The notes: generated by a model not told the origin, from the letters alone. A stretch of 64,000 nt of DNA from Azolla caroliniana (GCA_043228905.1 JBHGNT010000014.1:1860001-1924000); one strand, 5' to 3'; counted from the first letter of the stretch, positions 36,070-50,199 are shown. Made by a program: numbers and translations.

Positions 36070-37675
36070 CCCCATATGCGCCGATTTGTCGAAGATTATG
36101 TTCGGACATATGATACATGTTGCAGAGCAAAGATGCCAAGACATCATCCATATGGTTTATTGGAACCATTACCAATTCCAAGCAATTCGTGACAATCCAT
36201 TGCTCTAGATTTCATCACAAATCTTCCAGTTTCTAAGGGATTCGATGCAATCTTAACAGTAGCAGATCGATATACAAAGATGGCCCATTTCCTGCCATGT
36301 ACTAAGGAAATCACTAGTGAAGAAACCGCTGAAATTGTCATGCGTGAGGTATGTCAGCATCATGGTCTCCCTGATAGTATCATCAGCGACCGTGGACCTC
36401 AATTCGTCTCCAAATTCTGGAAGCACCTCTTAAAAATGCTCAAGGTCACTTGTAACCTCTCCTCCGGTTACCACCCGCAAACAGACGGAGAAGTATAATG
36501 AACAAATCAAATGTTGGAACAGTATCTTTGGTGCTTTGTAAGGTATCACCAAGATTACTGGGCGGATATTCTCCACTTCGCCAAATTTGCGTATAATAAC
36601 TCTATCCACTCATCGACTAAGGTTACACCATTTTATGCTTATACGGGCTATCATCCCCAGTGGTGTGTATTCGAAACTCTGGAGTTACCCACAAATCCTT
36701 GTGCAGAGGATCATTTGGAGCAGCTACGCAAGATACATGCACATTTATCTACTCATTTACAACAAGCTCAACAAACACACAAGGATTATGCGGATCGTCA
36801 TTGGCTTCCATCCTGTTTTAACATTGGAGATCGGGTATGGCTATTACGACGACACATCAATACTACTTGTCCATGCAATAAATTGGATTATCGGCGATTA
36901 GGTCCTTTCCGTATTATCGGAAAAATTAATGATGTCGTTTTTCGTCTTGATCTACCGCTGCAACTACGAATACATCTGGTATTTCATAGTTCTCTTTTCA
37001 ATACAACACTATCCCAGGACATATCAAACCACCTCCACCCCTGATTGAACTTGAAGATGGACCTCAGTACGAGGTTGCAGCCATCCTTGATTCTAAGATT
37101 ATTCGCAACAAGCTCTACTATTTGGTCGATTGGCTAGGATATAGTTCCAGCAACTGTACTTGGGAACCAATAGAGAATGTGACCAATGCTCGTGCTCTTC
37201 TTGAAGACATCCATCATCAATATTCAGACAAACCGGGCCCCCAATCCAAAACGACTCGTGACACTCGTCGTTTTAGAGGGGGGTTAGTGTCATGATATGG
37301 CAAGATTCGAAACCATAACCTTACGTTACATGGGTCGAGCCCTTGCCATTAGACTATACATTGTAATACAAAGAATATTATTTTCATTTATTATTTCACT
37401 ATAGAAAATTGATGAATATTCCATGTTTCTCTGGAACATTCTAGAAACTTCAGGAGTACTCCTGAAAATACTATATAAGGAGGCAGAAGGCATTATTTCG
37501 AACCAAATCGGTTCAATGCCAGTCTTAAGCCTCCTGGCTATCGTTGTATATTCTTTCTACATAATATATCATTTGTCATCATCATTCTCTCTCTCTCTCT
37601 CTCTCTCTCTCATGTTCTACACCCTTTTTTCCTCTTAGTACTGATCTCCTTTTTGTCTTAGTACTATTCCTGACA
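36070..37675 (+). mobile_element. Chromovirus (Tcn1-like) Gypsy remnant: integrase, chromodomain, PPT and 3' LTR (37288-37675)
   Basis: IISDRGPQF, YHPQTDG, LGPF and the chromodomain YEVAAILDSK..YYLVDWLGY...TWEP (about 37065-37230); PPT AGAGGGGGG; TGTCA..TGACA LTR. Confidence 0.85.
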
Positions 37676-37702
37676 CTATCGTCCGTAAGAAGTCCGGTTA
37701 GA

Positions 37703-37904
37703 TGTGATGTTGTTTTTGTGGAGGATGCAATTTAGCCACTTCTTTCATGTACTAAGGAGGCATCAGTTAGCTCCAGAGATGTGTATGACACTTTGTTGCC
37801 TCTTTTTACAAGTGGACAGTTAAGCGTCGGTGTTTAGAATCAAGCTCAACATACTGCAACGTGTGAACATACCTTTTGAGAATCCATGATTTCTCAAAGA
37901 TCAA

Positions 37905-37942
<38 letters not shown>

Positions 37943-40900
37943 ACACACATATCTATTCTGCTGCACAAGAATCACCATCGATTCTTTACATGGTATCAGA
38001 GTGATTTGGTAGCTCGATCTAGCCCAATCGCCTCATCGTGATCGTGTGTTGTGATCTACATCGACGTTCAAGAAGAACCAGCTGATCGCTATCATAGTAC
38101 CACTACATAGCTCGTGTTCGACAAAGAAGGAAAAGAAGAAAGGAAGCTTAATCAACAATGAATACTCAAATGGGGAGCGCTCTCCCTAGCGAGAAGTTGG
38201 ATCGCAACAACATTGCATCTTGGGAGTACAAAATGCACCAATACCTTGTCAGCCACGGCAATTGGAGTTACATCAAGGGAGCACAAGAAAACCGACCCAA
38301 CGGGAGCAAGTGGCAAGCCGAGTGATGTATTGCTTGGTGACATGTGTTCATGACCACATGCTCAGCTACATTCGAGAAGCCGAGACGCTGAAGGAAGTGT
38401 GGGAGAATCTACGAAAGATTTTCGCTGCCAACAGGACCGCAAGAAAGCTTCAACTCCACCAAGACTTGAACAACATTCAACAACGGGATATGTCCATTAC
38501 AAGCTACACCTTGAAGATCAAGGAGCTTTGCGACTTGCTCGGCTCAATAAGCGTCAATGTGGACGATCATGAGATGGTGCAAATATACCTCGGAGGCCTT
38601 GCACCACAGTTCGGCATGAAGAGGACCGTCGTACTAGCACGAGAGAATTTGCCCTCCTTCGATCTTGAATCCATGTTGTTTGTTGAAGAAAACCATGTTC
38701 GAACAAGGAGCAACGCCTCAGAAGGCCACATGCTCTACAGGCATTCGGATGGAGGAAGAGGACGCGGCCGTGCAAGAAGAGGCCGATTCGGCCAAGGACG
38801 AGGCCCGATTTATGAAAACAACTTGCAATTTCGGCATCAAGACGGAAGCCATCGAGGAACCTTCAGAAAAAGGGGGAGCTTTCATTCTGGTCCGAGCCGA
38901 CAAAACTTGGTCGAATGTGGATATTGCGGAAAAATCGGTCGCCACGAAGAAGAATGTCGTAAGAAGACACGCAAGTCGGCTTCCACTAGCCGACAACTCA
39001 CCAACTACGCCACCAACTCCGAGTACGACGATTACGGTAGATTATTCGTAATGAGACATAAATCAAATTCTATGTCGGCCTCTACTGCTATTAATGCCTC
39101 CGATTTGGAAGACTTATGGTTCGTCGATTCCGGTGCCTCGAACCATATGACGTCACATCAAGAATGGTTCCAAGAACTTCGAGAACCGAACCGACCCGGC
39201 TATGTCGAAACCGAAGACGACACTACGCACTTGATTCGGCACATCGGCAATGTTCCGATCAGAAAAGAAGGTAAGCAAACTATCACGAAGAGTTTGGTCT
39301 CCGTCGGCCAAATTGTAGAGTAAGGAATGCAAGTTCGATTTAATCAAGCCGGTTGCTTCATCGAAAAAGAGGGTTGACTCATCGCGCGCAGACGGAGAGA
39401 GGGCCGGATGTTCTTTCTCGACTCACACGAGATGAAATCGGCCATGTTTGCAAAAGGCACGAAAGTCGAGTCCGACATAGAGTTATGGCACAAGCGGATT
39501 GGCCATATCAACCTTCAAAAGCTCAAGGCGATTTCGGCTACGATGAGTACATGATGAAGGTGGCAACAGTACGGGAGCTGGAAACCTTTTTTGAAGCCGC
39601 TAAGGACCTGCAATGGATCGAAGCAATGAACGAGAAAATGCGTGCACTGTGCAAGAACGAGACATGGGATCTCGTTCCCCACTCACCGCAGAAGAAGGCA
39701 ATTGGCTGCAGATGGATCTACAAGGTGAAGTATAATTCCGACGGCTCCGTCAACTGCTACAAAGCTCGTCTCGTAGCGAAAGGATACACACAAACACATG
39801 GAGTAGACTATGAAGAGACCTTTGCCCCAATGGCAAAGATGACGACAGTGTGGACCGTGATTGCACTTGCAGTGGAAAAAGGGTGGCACCTCCACCAAAT
39901 GGACGTCAAGAACGCCTTTCTTCATGGCAAATTAGAAGAGGAGGTGTACATGGTACAACCACCCGGCTTCAAATTGCGTACTCATTTGAAAGCCGTGTGC
40001 CGACTCAATAAGCCACTCTATGGCCTCAAGCAAGCACCGCGTGCTTGGCATTCGAAGATTATGCAATATCTTCATTAAATCGGTTTTCGAATGTCGAAAT
40101 CCGACAACTCTCTCTATGTATGACACGACTCTAGAAGCCTAATTTTCATCATCCTATATGTGGATGATCTGGTCATTGGAGGTGAAAGTCTAATCGACAT
40201 CAATAAGGTCAAGTCCCTCCTCTCCAGAAAATTCGAGATGATGAACATGAAGGAGCTCCATTACTTCCTTGGCATCGAAGTAATTTGGATTTGGACCGGC
40301 ATTATGATCTCTCAACGGTACTACATCCTCAATTTGTTATAAAACTTTGGGATGACAAAGTGCAAATCGGTAGCTACGCCTCTTGATCGAAACCTCAAAC
40401 TAGATGCTGACTCTGGCACAAACGAGTGAAACTCAAGCCAATATCATCAACTGATCGGGAGCCTCATCTATCTCACAATCACTCCACCCGACCTTAGCTA
40501 TCCAGTCGGACTCCTTAGCCAATTCATGCAAACTCCGCGAGATATCGATTTCGATTGCACTAAGTGAGTATTACGATACATGAGCGTACAATGTATTATG
40601 ACGTTCTATACGCATCACCCACACCAATATGACTCGAAGGGTACACATACACGGACTGGGCAAGCTACACAGCTGATCGACGATCAACCTCCAGATTTGT
40701 GTTCTCGCTTGATAGCGGAGCAATATCTTGGAGTAGTAAGAAGTAGCCTACTGTCGCACTTCTGAGTACGGAGGCCGAATACAGGGGCACAACCGTAGCT
40801 GCATGTGAAGCCGTATGGCTCAAGAGGATTTTGAAGGATCTAGGCGTCCCCATCAAGGATCCGACTCCCATTTATTGCGACAACATGAGCAATATATATC

Positions 40901-43668
40901 TGGCTTAGAACACGGTGTTGCACACTTGCACAAAGCACATCGAAGTGTACTATCTCTTCATTCGAGAGCGGGTACAGGCCGGAGATGTCGATCTTCTACA
41001 CATCAACACGAATCTTCAGACAGCTGACATCTTCACCAAGGCCCTAGGAGCTGACAAGCTCTGGCAATTCATGTCAGACCTTGGATTGATGATCCCTGAC
41101 TTGTCAAGCTTGAGGGGGTGTACAAGTGAGAACAGGATACCGTATGAACCATGTACGAGCCGAAGCGGACACCGGAAATCGTCTCAACTGGATACCAGCT
41201 GAAGCGGACATCAATCAAAAGGAACAGACCGGAGTTGAGCTTGAGGGGGCGTGTTGAGAATAAAGCTCAACATTGTGCAATGTGTGAACACACCTTTTGA
41301 GAATACATGATTACTCAAGAGAAACACACACACACCTAACACACATATCTATTCTGCGGCACAAGAATCACCATTGATTCTTTACAGTTGGCCCAATTGA
41401 GGCACTGTCTCAGCCTTTGGAAACTACTCAAAATGATGTAGATCATTCCCTTTCTGATGTTTTTGTGGAGGATGCAATTCAACCACTTCTTTCATATACT
41501 AAGGAGACATCAGTTAGATATAGAGATGTCTATGATAGTTCGTTGCCTCTTTTTACAAGTGGACAGTTAAGTGTTGGCCCACTTGAGGCATCGTCTCAGC
41601 CTTTGGAAGCTACTCATAATGATGCAGATCATTCCATTTCTGATGCAGATCATTCCATTTCTTATGCAGATCATTCTATTTCTAATGCAAATCATTCTAT
41701 TTTTGATGCGGACTTACACGATGCACTTATTAATGAGAGGGATGATATAGAGGAGGCAAAGAATGTGCCTAAATGGCTGTTGCAAACTTTGCAAATTAGC
41801 AAATTAGATGTTCCTTTTCATAACGTACTCATTCAGGTTCTCATAGTGCTTCTTTTGCATCAGATTGTTATGTTATGGCTGACTCTAGTCATTGTGATGA
41901 GAATGAGCCTGTTTCTTTTGATGAAGCACAAAATTCAAAAAATTGGATGGCTCTTATGCAATCAGAATATGATGCTATTATGAAGACCGGTACATGGTCT
42001 TTATGTGACTTGCGTCTTGGCAAGAAGGCCATTGGCATTAAGTGGGTATATAAGTTGAAGTATAAACCTGATGGAATAGTTGATAGGCATAAGGCTAGGC
42101 TTGTTGGATATGCCCAAGAAAAAGGCATTGATTTTGATAAGACATTTGCTCCAACCTACCCTATGACTACTGTTCGTGGTATCCGTTTAATTGCAACTCA
42201 TCGTGGCCGGAATGTACATCAATTGAATATTAAAACAACATTCCAAAATGGTGACGTTCATGAGGAGGGGTATGTATCTTAGCCCTATAGTTTTGTGCAG
42301 AAAGGGCATGAACACAAAGTGTGCAGGCTGTGAAAGGCATTATATGGCTTGAAGCAAGCACCACGTTCTTGGTATGAAATGATACATGCCTGTTTGATTG
42401 CATTTGGGTTTGAGAATAGTCCAATTGAAAGCACCTTATATGTTAAGCGTGTTGATAATAATTTTTTTATGATGGTTGTGTACGTCGGTGATATGTTGCT
42501 CACTGGTTCCAATGAGAAGCATATTGCCGACTTTAAGGCTGATTTGCATTCCTATTTTGAGATGTCAGATTTAGGGGCATTTGCATCATTATTTGGGCGT
42601 TCAGTTTATGCAAGTTGATGGTGGAATAGCTTTGTGTCAATCGAAATACATTGACACATTATGCAACATTTTGGCCTTGACGACTGTAAACCTATTGCCA
42701 CTCCCATGGAGACAGGTTTACGTTTGAGCCCTCATGATGCTGGAGATGCATTTGATGTTGTTCTCTATTATCAAGTAGTTGGATGGTTGATTTACTTATG
42801 CATAACCCGACTTGATATTTAGTTTGTCGTCTCTGAGATGAGCAGGTTTATGCATTGCCCAAGAGTTAAGCATTGGTAGGTAGTTATGTACATCTTTTGC
42901 TACTTGAGTGGTACCCGGTCACTCAGATAGTTTTATCCCAAGGGGGGATCATTACTGCTAGACCTGCATGCTTTTTGTGACTCTGATTGGGTTGGTTGTT
43001 ATGACACTCATGTGTCCACAAGTGGTTTTTGCTTCATGCTTGGTAGCTCATGAATATCTTGGTTGAGCAAGAAGCAGCCTACTATGGCCACTTCTAGTTG
43101 CGAGGCTGAGTATAGAGTAGCTTTCACAACTACAATTGAGTGTGTGTGGCTCAAAAACCTTTTAGGTGATTTGGGTGTTGGTCAGTCTTCCGCCACCACC
43201 ATCTTCACTGAAAGTCACAGTGCAATGGCAATTGTGAGGAACCCTTTGTTCCATGCTTGAACCTAGCACATTGAGGTGCATTATCACGATGTCAGGGAAA
43301 GGTTCTCCGCTGGAGAGATCAATTTGTCTTATGTGCCCACTCATGAGAACATTGGAGACCTCTTCACAAAGGCTCTGTCTAGGGAGAAGTTTGAAGCTTT
43401 TCGCAAAGCTTTAGGCCTACTCCTATTTGTGGATTGATATCTATCCACATAGCTTGGCACTTGCTTAACCATGAGGGCCAACTCCTTGTTCACCACATGA
43501 CTCCCAAGGGGGATTTGTTCACATATTTTGGTAGTGATGTGTGTGAACACACTTACGACTATATGGGCATTTTTTCCCTCTTTAGGAGGTTTTTCTCCCC
43601 TATCTATGAATACTGTCATAAACCTAAACTGGTGAAGTTTTTTTGTGATTCAAAACAAGAACCCAACA
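37703..43668 (+). mobile_element. 5'-truncated Copia D (same family as Copia B); 3' LTR 43516-43668
   Basis: Closely similar to 32497-35525. It has an internal duplication of about 190 bp (37705-41455 vs 41455-41640) and 21-bp ADHSISD repeats, and is interrupted by Copia C. Confidence 0.82.
37831..41386 (+). mobile_element. Copia C with very short LTRs (37831-37990, 41252-41386) and the integrase core deleted
   Basis: TSD GTCGG/GTTGG; PBS TGGTATCAGAG at 37991; PPT GAGGGGGCG. Gag-PR leads to WHKRIGH, which is joined directly to pre-RT sequence near 39530. Confidence 0.88.
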
Positions 43669-43860
43669 AATTCTTGATGTAAAATCCTTTAATTAGGACA
43701 TATCGTTAGGTTTGAAACTTGAAAGCTCAAAGAATATAAGCTTCATGAGTAGATAGTATGTGATGTAGGCAATCTGTGAAACTTATACTCTATGAGCTTT
43801 CTAGTTTCAAAGCTAACAAGATGTCTAAGATTCCTTCAACCTGTATAGAGCATATCATTC

Positions 43861-46800
43861 TGTTGCAAACGGTACTCGGCCACAACCGAGGAATAGGGTC
43901 AACTCACAGAAAATAGGAATTACAAAGTACACGAAGTACTTAGAGAGAAGAGTACACAGGATATTTTACGTGGAAAACCCTAAATGGGAAAAACCAAGGG
44001 AGTCCTCAAACTCCAACTATCACTATGAACAGGGATGTACAATGGTGAAGCTTCAAGACAACGACCTTGAGCTCACTGTCTTCGCCACAGGCGGCGGCAA
44101 TATACAGAGGCAACAACCTCTTCGTCTCTCTCTCTCTCGCGGCTGCTCTCTTCACTCTCTCTAAGTGAAAACAGAAAAATAAGCAACAACATCATAAACT
44201 GTTTGCCCTAAGTCATATTTATACACATATGACTTTTCGGGCTATTTACAAATATAGCCTCAAGGGCCCTTGGCAAACATATTCACAAATATGTCCCCGC
44301 ATCCGGATCTCTCTCCGGGTACATTCATCATCCGGCTCCGTAGCCGGGTCTTCTCTTTGTCATCCGGCTCCGTAGCCGGGGTCTTCGTCATCCGGCTCCG
44401 TAGCCGGGGCCTTCATCATCCGGCTCCGTAACCGGGTACTCTTCATCCGGCTTCATGCCGGGTACTCTCCATCATATGGTTCCGTAACAGCCTCCGGGCT
44501 TGCCGTCATTCATCTCCGGACATCCCATCCGGAGGGACCGTAATCCCAACAAACTCCCCCTTCACTTCGGCATGGGATGTCTCTCCAATCCGATCCTCTT
44601 CCGGCATGCTTCCAGCTTGTCAGGTGTGAGCACCTTGGTCAGCATATCCGACCCGTTATCGTCCGTGTGGATCTTCGTCAGCACGAACTCCTTGTCTTCT
44701 ATCCTTTCCCGGATCCAGTGGTATCTACGCTGGATGTGTTTCGTCCGGGAATGGTAGGCCGCGTTCTTTGCAAGGTGGATGGCACTCTGACTATCGCAGT
44801 AGAGTCGGTACTCCTCCTGCCGGATCCCGAGCTCTCTAATGAAGTCCTTCATCCATATTATTTCCTTGCCGGCTTCAACAGCTGCCATGTACTCCGCCTC
44901 TGTGGTTGACAACGCAACCGTCTTCTGCAGCCTCGACTGCCACGAAACGGCTCCCCCTGCATAGGTCATCACATACCCTGATGTGGACCGGCTGGTATCT
45001 GCATCAGCCGACATATCCGAATCGGTGAAGCCGTCGAGTTCGGGCTTACCGGAGCCGAATCGGAGGCACACGTTTGTCGTGCCCTTCAGGTATCGAAGTA
45101 TCCACTTGGTCGCGTTCCAATGCTCTTTGCCGGGATTGCTCATGTACCGGCTCACCACTCCGACTGCATATCCGATGTCCGGTCTCGTACACACCATGGC
45201 GTACATCAAGCTCCCGACGGCTGAGGCATACGGCACTTTCAGCCTTTGTCTTGGGACTTTGCTTGCTGGACAACTTGCAGTTTGTCGGGAGGGTCGATCC
45301 GACCGGTCTTGCTTCCGACATGTTGAACCGTTTAAGCACCTTTGTCACGTACTTCTCTTGTGACAGCCACAACTGCTTCTTGCTCCGGTCCCGGATGATG
45401 TGCATCCCTAGTATTTGTCTCGCCGGACCCAAGTCCTTCATTGAGAAGGTTCGGTGAAGAGCCTTCTTCAGCATCCGTATCTTGACCTGGTCCCGTCCGA
45501 CGATCAACATGTCGTCCACGTACAGGAGGAGTATTAGAGAGTCTCCTCCTTCGAACTTCTTCACAAACACGCAGTGGTCGGACTGCGTTTTGAGGTACCC
45601 TTCGTCGGTCATGAAGGAGTCGAACTTCCGGTACCATTGCCGGGGAGCCTGCTTCAGACCGTAAAGGCTCTTCTTCAACCGGCATACCAGGTGCTCCTTC
45701 CCTTTCTTCTCAAATCCTTCCGGTTGCTGCATGTAGATCTCTTCTTCGAGGTCACCGTGAAGGAATGCCGTCTTCACGTCCATCTGTTCTATCTCGAGGT
45801 CCATGCTCGCCGCTATGCTCAGCACCGTCCAGATGGAGGTCATCTTCACTACCGGGGCAAATATCTCGTCGAAGTCGACGCCCTTCTTCTGCTGAAACCC
45901 CTTCACCACGATCCTGGCTTTGTATCTCGGGGGGTTTTCGGCATCTCCCGGTTTCAGCTTGAACACCCACTTGTTACGGAGTGCCCGTTTTCCTTTCGGC
46001 AGCTCCACAAGTTCATATGTGTGGTTCTCATGCAGGGAATCCATCTCGTCCTGCATGGCACTCAACCACCTGCGGCTCTGGGTGTCATGCTGTGCTTCTT
46101 CAAAGCTCTCTGGTTCCCCCTCGTCGGTTAGCAGCACGTGCTCTGGATCCGGAAATCTCCGGGGGGCCCTCCTCTCTCTTAGAGGATATCTCCGTTCGGG
46201 AGCTTCGGTAACCGGTTCTTCCGATTCTTCTTCTTCATCCGAATCCATTTCGGGATCGGGGCCGGTTCCGGTATCATTTTCATCTTCTTCGGCCGGTTCT
46301 GTTTCTTCACCGTCTTCGGCCGGATCCTCGAGTGCTAACCGGTCCCTTGCCGGTCGGGACTGCTCCTCGTAGAGTTTATCCTCACCGGTCGACTTGGAGC
46401 TCTTCATCTCCTTCTCCGACTCCCAGTCGGCGAGTGTCTTGTCCTCCATGAAGATGATATCTCGACTCCTGAATATCTTCTTGTCGACCGGGTCCCATAC
46501 ACGGTAGCCGAACTCGTCGTCGCCGTAACCGAGGAATATGCATGGCCGGGTCTTTGGATCTAACTTTCCTCTCCGGTCCTTTGCCACATGTACGTATACG
46601 AGACACCCGAACACCTTCAGATGCCGGTAGGACACTTCCTTACCGGTCCACACTTTCTGCGGCGTGTCTCCGTCCAAAGGTACTGAGGGTGATCTATTTA
46701 TCACATACGTCGCCGTCGACATTGCCTCAGCCCAAAATCCCTTGGGTAATTTCGCATGCGCCAGCATACTCCGGACCCTCTCCATTATGGTCCTGTTCAT

Positions 46801-48886
46801 CCTCTCGGCCAGCCCGTTCAGTTCCGGCGTCTTCGGCACAGTAAACTCGAGCCGGATTCCCTTCATGCGACAGTACTCCTGGAACTGCCCCCGGTATTCG
46901 CCTCCGTTATCCGCTCGAATCGCTTTCAGCTTCTTGCCGGATTCCCTTTCCACTCTTGCGTGGAGTTCTTTGAAGACGGACAACACTTGGTCCTTTGTCT
47001 TCAACGGCGCCGTCCACAGCTTCCGGCTGTGATCATCAATGAAAGTCACGAAGTACTGGGCTCCGCCATGTGACTTCGTTTCTACCTGACACACATCCGT
47101 GTGCACCAACTCCAATGGTGCGCTACGTCTCGTCGGTGGCCTTGAGTGGAAGGAGGTTCGGTTCTGCTTACCGGCCAGGCAATCGGTGCACTTCTCCAGA
47201 TGCACATGCTTCACTGGAATGAGGTTGTCTTCTGCAAGCCTCTTCATCCCCTTCTCGCTCATGTGGCACAGTCTCTTGTGCCACAGCTCACCGGCAGTGT
47301 CGGCTGCCACATTCAGCTCTTCCGGACATAACCGGGCATTAATCAGGTAGCCTTCATCGGCAGTGTCGGCAGTGTGTTGACCTTCCGGGCCCGAGCCAAT
47401 TCTTCGTTGTCTTTTCGGTAATGCCGACAATTCTTCCGGAAGTGCCCCGGCTTCCCACAGTGGAAGCATGTGGGCCTTCCTCTTGACTGCGACCGGGTCC
47501 CCGACTTCTCCCGTCTTTGCGGACTCCGGTTCCATTGTCTTCCCCGTTCCGATTCGGTAAGCAGCGCCTTCGAGTCGGAGACCGGTTCTTTATCTCTCCG
47601 ACGCGCTTCTTCGTTCAAAATACTTGTCTTTACCGTTTGTAGAGACAAGTTATCTTCGGTGCAGGAGGTGCTGAGAGTCACCACCAAGTTCTCCCAGCTT
47701 TCCGGCAATGTACACATCAGGATGATGGCTTGCATTGCATCCTCCAACGGGAACTTGATCGCCGCAAGCTGATTCACGAATCCCATGAACGTGCTTACGT
47801 GTTCCACCATACTCTCGCCATCCCGGTACTTGAGATTCACTATCTTCCTCATCAGGGAGGTCCGGTTCAATGCATTCTTCCTCTCATAGAGGCCCGACAG
47901 CTTCCGCCACATCTCATATGCATTGGTGTCGTTCGCCACATGTTGTAGGACGCTTACATCGACATATTGTCGGATCGTCGCTACGGCTTTCCGGTTCAGG
48001 AGCTTCCACTCCGACTCAAGTACCCCTTTGGGTATTTCCGACCTGTCGATCGGTTCATACAGGTCCCGAACAATGAGCAGATCCTCCATCTTTATCTTCC
48101 AGTCGGCGTAGTTCTGCGCATTCAGCACCATCATCCCCGGCTGCCCGCTGCTACCGCCTTCCATTTTCTGTGTTACCGTCGCTCTGATACCAATTTGTTG
48201 CAAACGGTACTCGGCCACAACCGAGGAATAGGGTCAACTCACAGAAAATAGGAATTACAAAGTACACGAAGTACTTAGAGAGAAGAGTACACAGGATATT
48301 TTACGTGGAAAACCCTAAATGGGAAAAACCACGGGAGTCCTCAAACTCCAACTATCACTATGAACAGGGATGTACAATGGTGAAGCTTCAAGGCAACGAC
48401 CTTGAGCTCACTGTCTTCGCCACAGGCGGCGGCAATATACAGAGGCAACAACCTCTTCGTCTCTCTCTCTCTCGCGGCTGCTCTCTTCACTCTCTCTAAG
48501 TGAAAACAGAAAAATAAGCAATAACATCATAAACTGTTTGCCCTAAGTCATATTTATACACATATGACTTTTCGGGCTATTTACAAATATAGCCTCAAGG
48601 GCCCTTGGCAAACATATTCACAAATATGTCCCCGCATCCGGATCTCTCTCCGGGTACATTCATCATCCGGCTCCGTAGCCGGGTCTTCTCTTTGTCATCC
48701 GGCTCCGTAGCCGGGGTCTTCGTCATCCGGCTCCGTAGCCGGGGTCTTCATCATCCGGCTCCGTAACCGGGTACTCTTCATCCGGCTTCATGCCGGGTAC
48801 TCTCCATCATATGGTTCCGTAACAGCCTCCGGGCTTGCCGTCATTCATCTCCGGACATCCCATCCGGAGGGACCGTAATCCCAACA
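43861..48886 (-). mobile_element. Young Copia E with 691-bp LTRs (43861-44551, 48196-48886), TSD CATTC and the protease region deleted
   Basis: About 4 LTR differences seen by eye; iMet PBS at 48181-48192; ORFs 47343-48218, 45046-47535 and 44562-45236 are collinear with Copia F. Confidence 0.96.
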
Positions 48887-49062
48887 CATTCCACAATACA
48901 AACAATTGGATCCCACGGGTAGGATGCTCTAGTACCATATGTGACTAAATGACCACCCTACTAGACAAACTTAGTTTAATAATCCGATAAACCCTTGGAG
49001 AAGATATGGCGAATAAATAGAATGTACTTACATTTTAATGCGATTAAATAATTTTATAACTT

Positions 49063-49134
49063 GCCTCCATAGCATAGTGGTAGTGCATTCCCTTCGTAAG
49101 GGAAAGGTCGTGAGTTCAATCCTCACTGGTGGCT
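49063..49134 (+). tRNA. trnT-CGU: tRNA-Thr, anticodon CGT
   Basis: Cloverleaf: acceptor GCCTCCA/TGGTGGC (one T-T mismatch), D stem GCAT/GTGC, anticodon stem TTCCC/GGGAA with loop TTCGTAA, T stem GTGAG/CTCAC with loop TTCAATC. Confidence 0.85.
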
Positions 49135-49309
49135 TTCCTTCTAATTCTCATACTTCTACCTTGCCACGAACAAAAGTATCAAACAAGATGTACAAGGTTA
49201 AGTTATCGTTCCAATTTAGTAATCTCCATGAAGGAGTGTATGGAAATGAACAAAAAATGAGTCAATACGTAGTCATGATGGTTTGGGACATTAACGAAAA
49301 TGAAATATG

Positions 49310-49872
49310 TAGATCATATAAATTCCCAGAATATTTATACTTTATTTGAGTGTGGGATGTCACTTGGCTCATTCGAAGTGGTATTTTGTGCCTCAAACCA
49401 TGATGAATACAAACCCTAATTTATACTTTATCCGAGTGTGGGATGTCACTTGGCTCATTCGACGTGGTATTTTGTGCCTCAAACCATGATGAATACAAAC
49501 CCTTCTCGTTTTATATAGGAGGTAAGAGGCTTAGGGCATTCCCACAGAAATTAGACAATACATTTTGTGATGCATTCAACAACAACTGATTGCATACTTG
49601 ATGATGCGTTCCGAGTAAGATCGACGTTGATGCTAGATCATATAAATTCCTTGAATATTCATACTTTATCTAAGTGTGGGATGTCACTTGGGTCATTCGG
49701 CATGGCAATTTATGCCCCAAATCATGATGTATACAAACCCGTCCGATTTTGTATAGGAGCTAAAAGCCTTAGGATGTTCCAACAGAAATTAGACAATACA
49801 TAGTATGATGCATTCAACAACAACCGATTGCATACTTGATGATGCTTTCTGAGTAAGATTGAATTTGATGCT
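49310..49872. repeat. Local tandem duplications (an 86-bp unit three times, within a duplication of about 240 bp)
   Basis: ATACTTTAT..GAGTGTGGGATGTCACTTGG recurs at about 49336, 49423 and 49661; TTAGACAATACA..TGATGCATTCAACAAC recurs at about 49551 and 49789. Confidence 0.8.
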
Positions 49873-50199
49873 AAAAACATTGGTTGCAAAAATTAGCAAA
49901 TCAAATATTCCGTCGACTTTTGTCAAGACCAACAAATAATAATCTATTTCTCACAATTTAAATCAACAAATATAGTTGGCATACCTAAAGAAATTTGGAC
50001 CGTAGATCTATGAGAAAAATAGACTAAAGTATACAACACAAAAAACAGAAAACAACAAAACACAAAGAATGCAAATAGTACACAATATTTTACGTTACAT
50101 GTGTGAACCGTTACATGCGTTCATAATGCTTCGTCCTATTCTAAGGCTCCTACTATTCTTTCATAATTACACTACAACCCCCACCTGTGCACTTCGCAG

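Noticed and set aside
48923-48945. PBS-like GCTCTAGTACCA followed by a possible LTR start
   Set aside because: It is degenerate, and I could not identify a partner LTR or internal domain.
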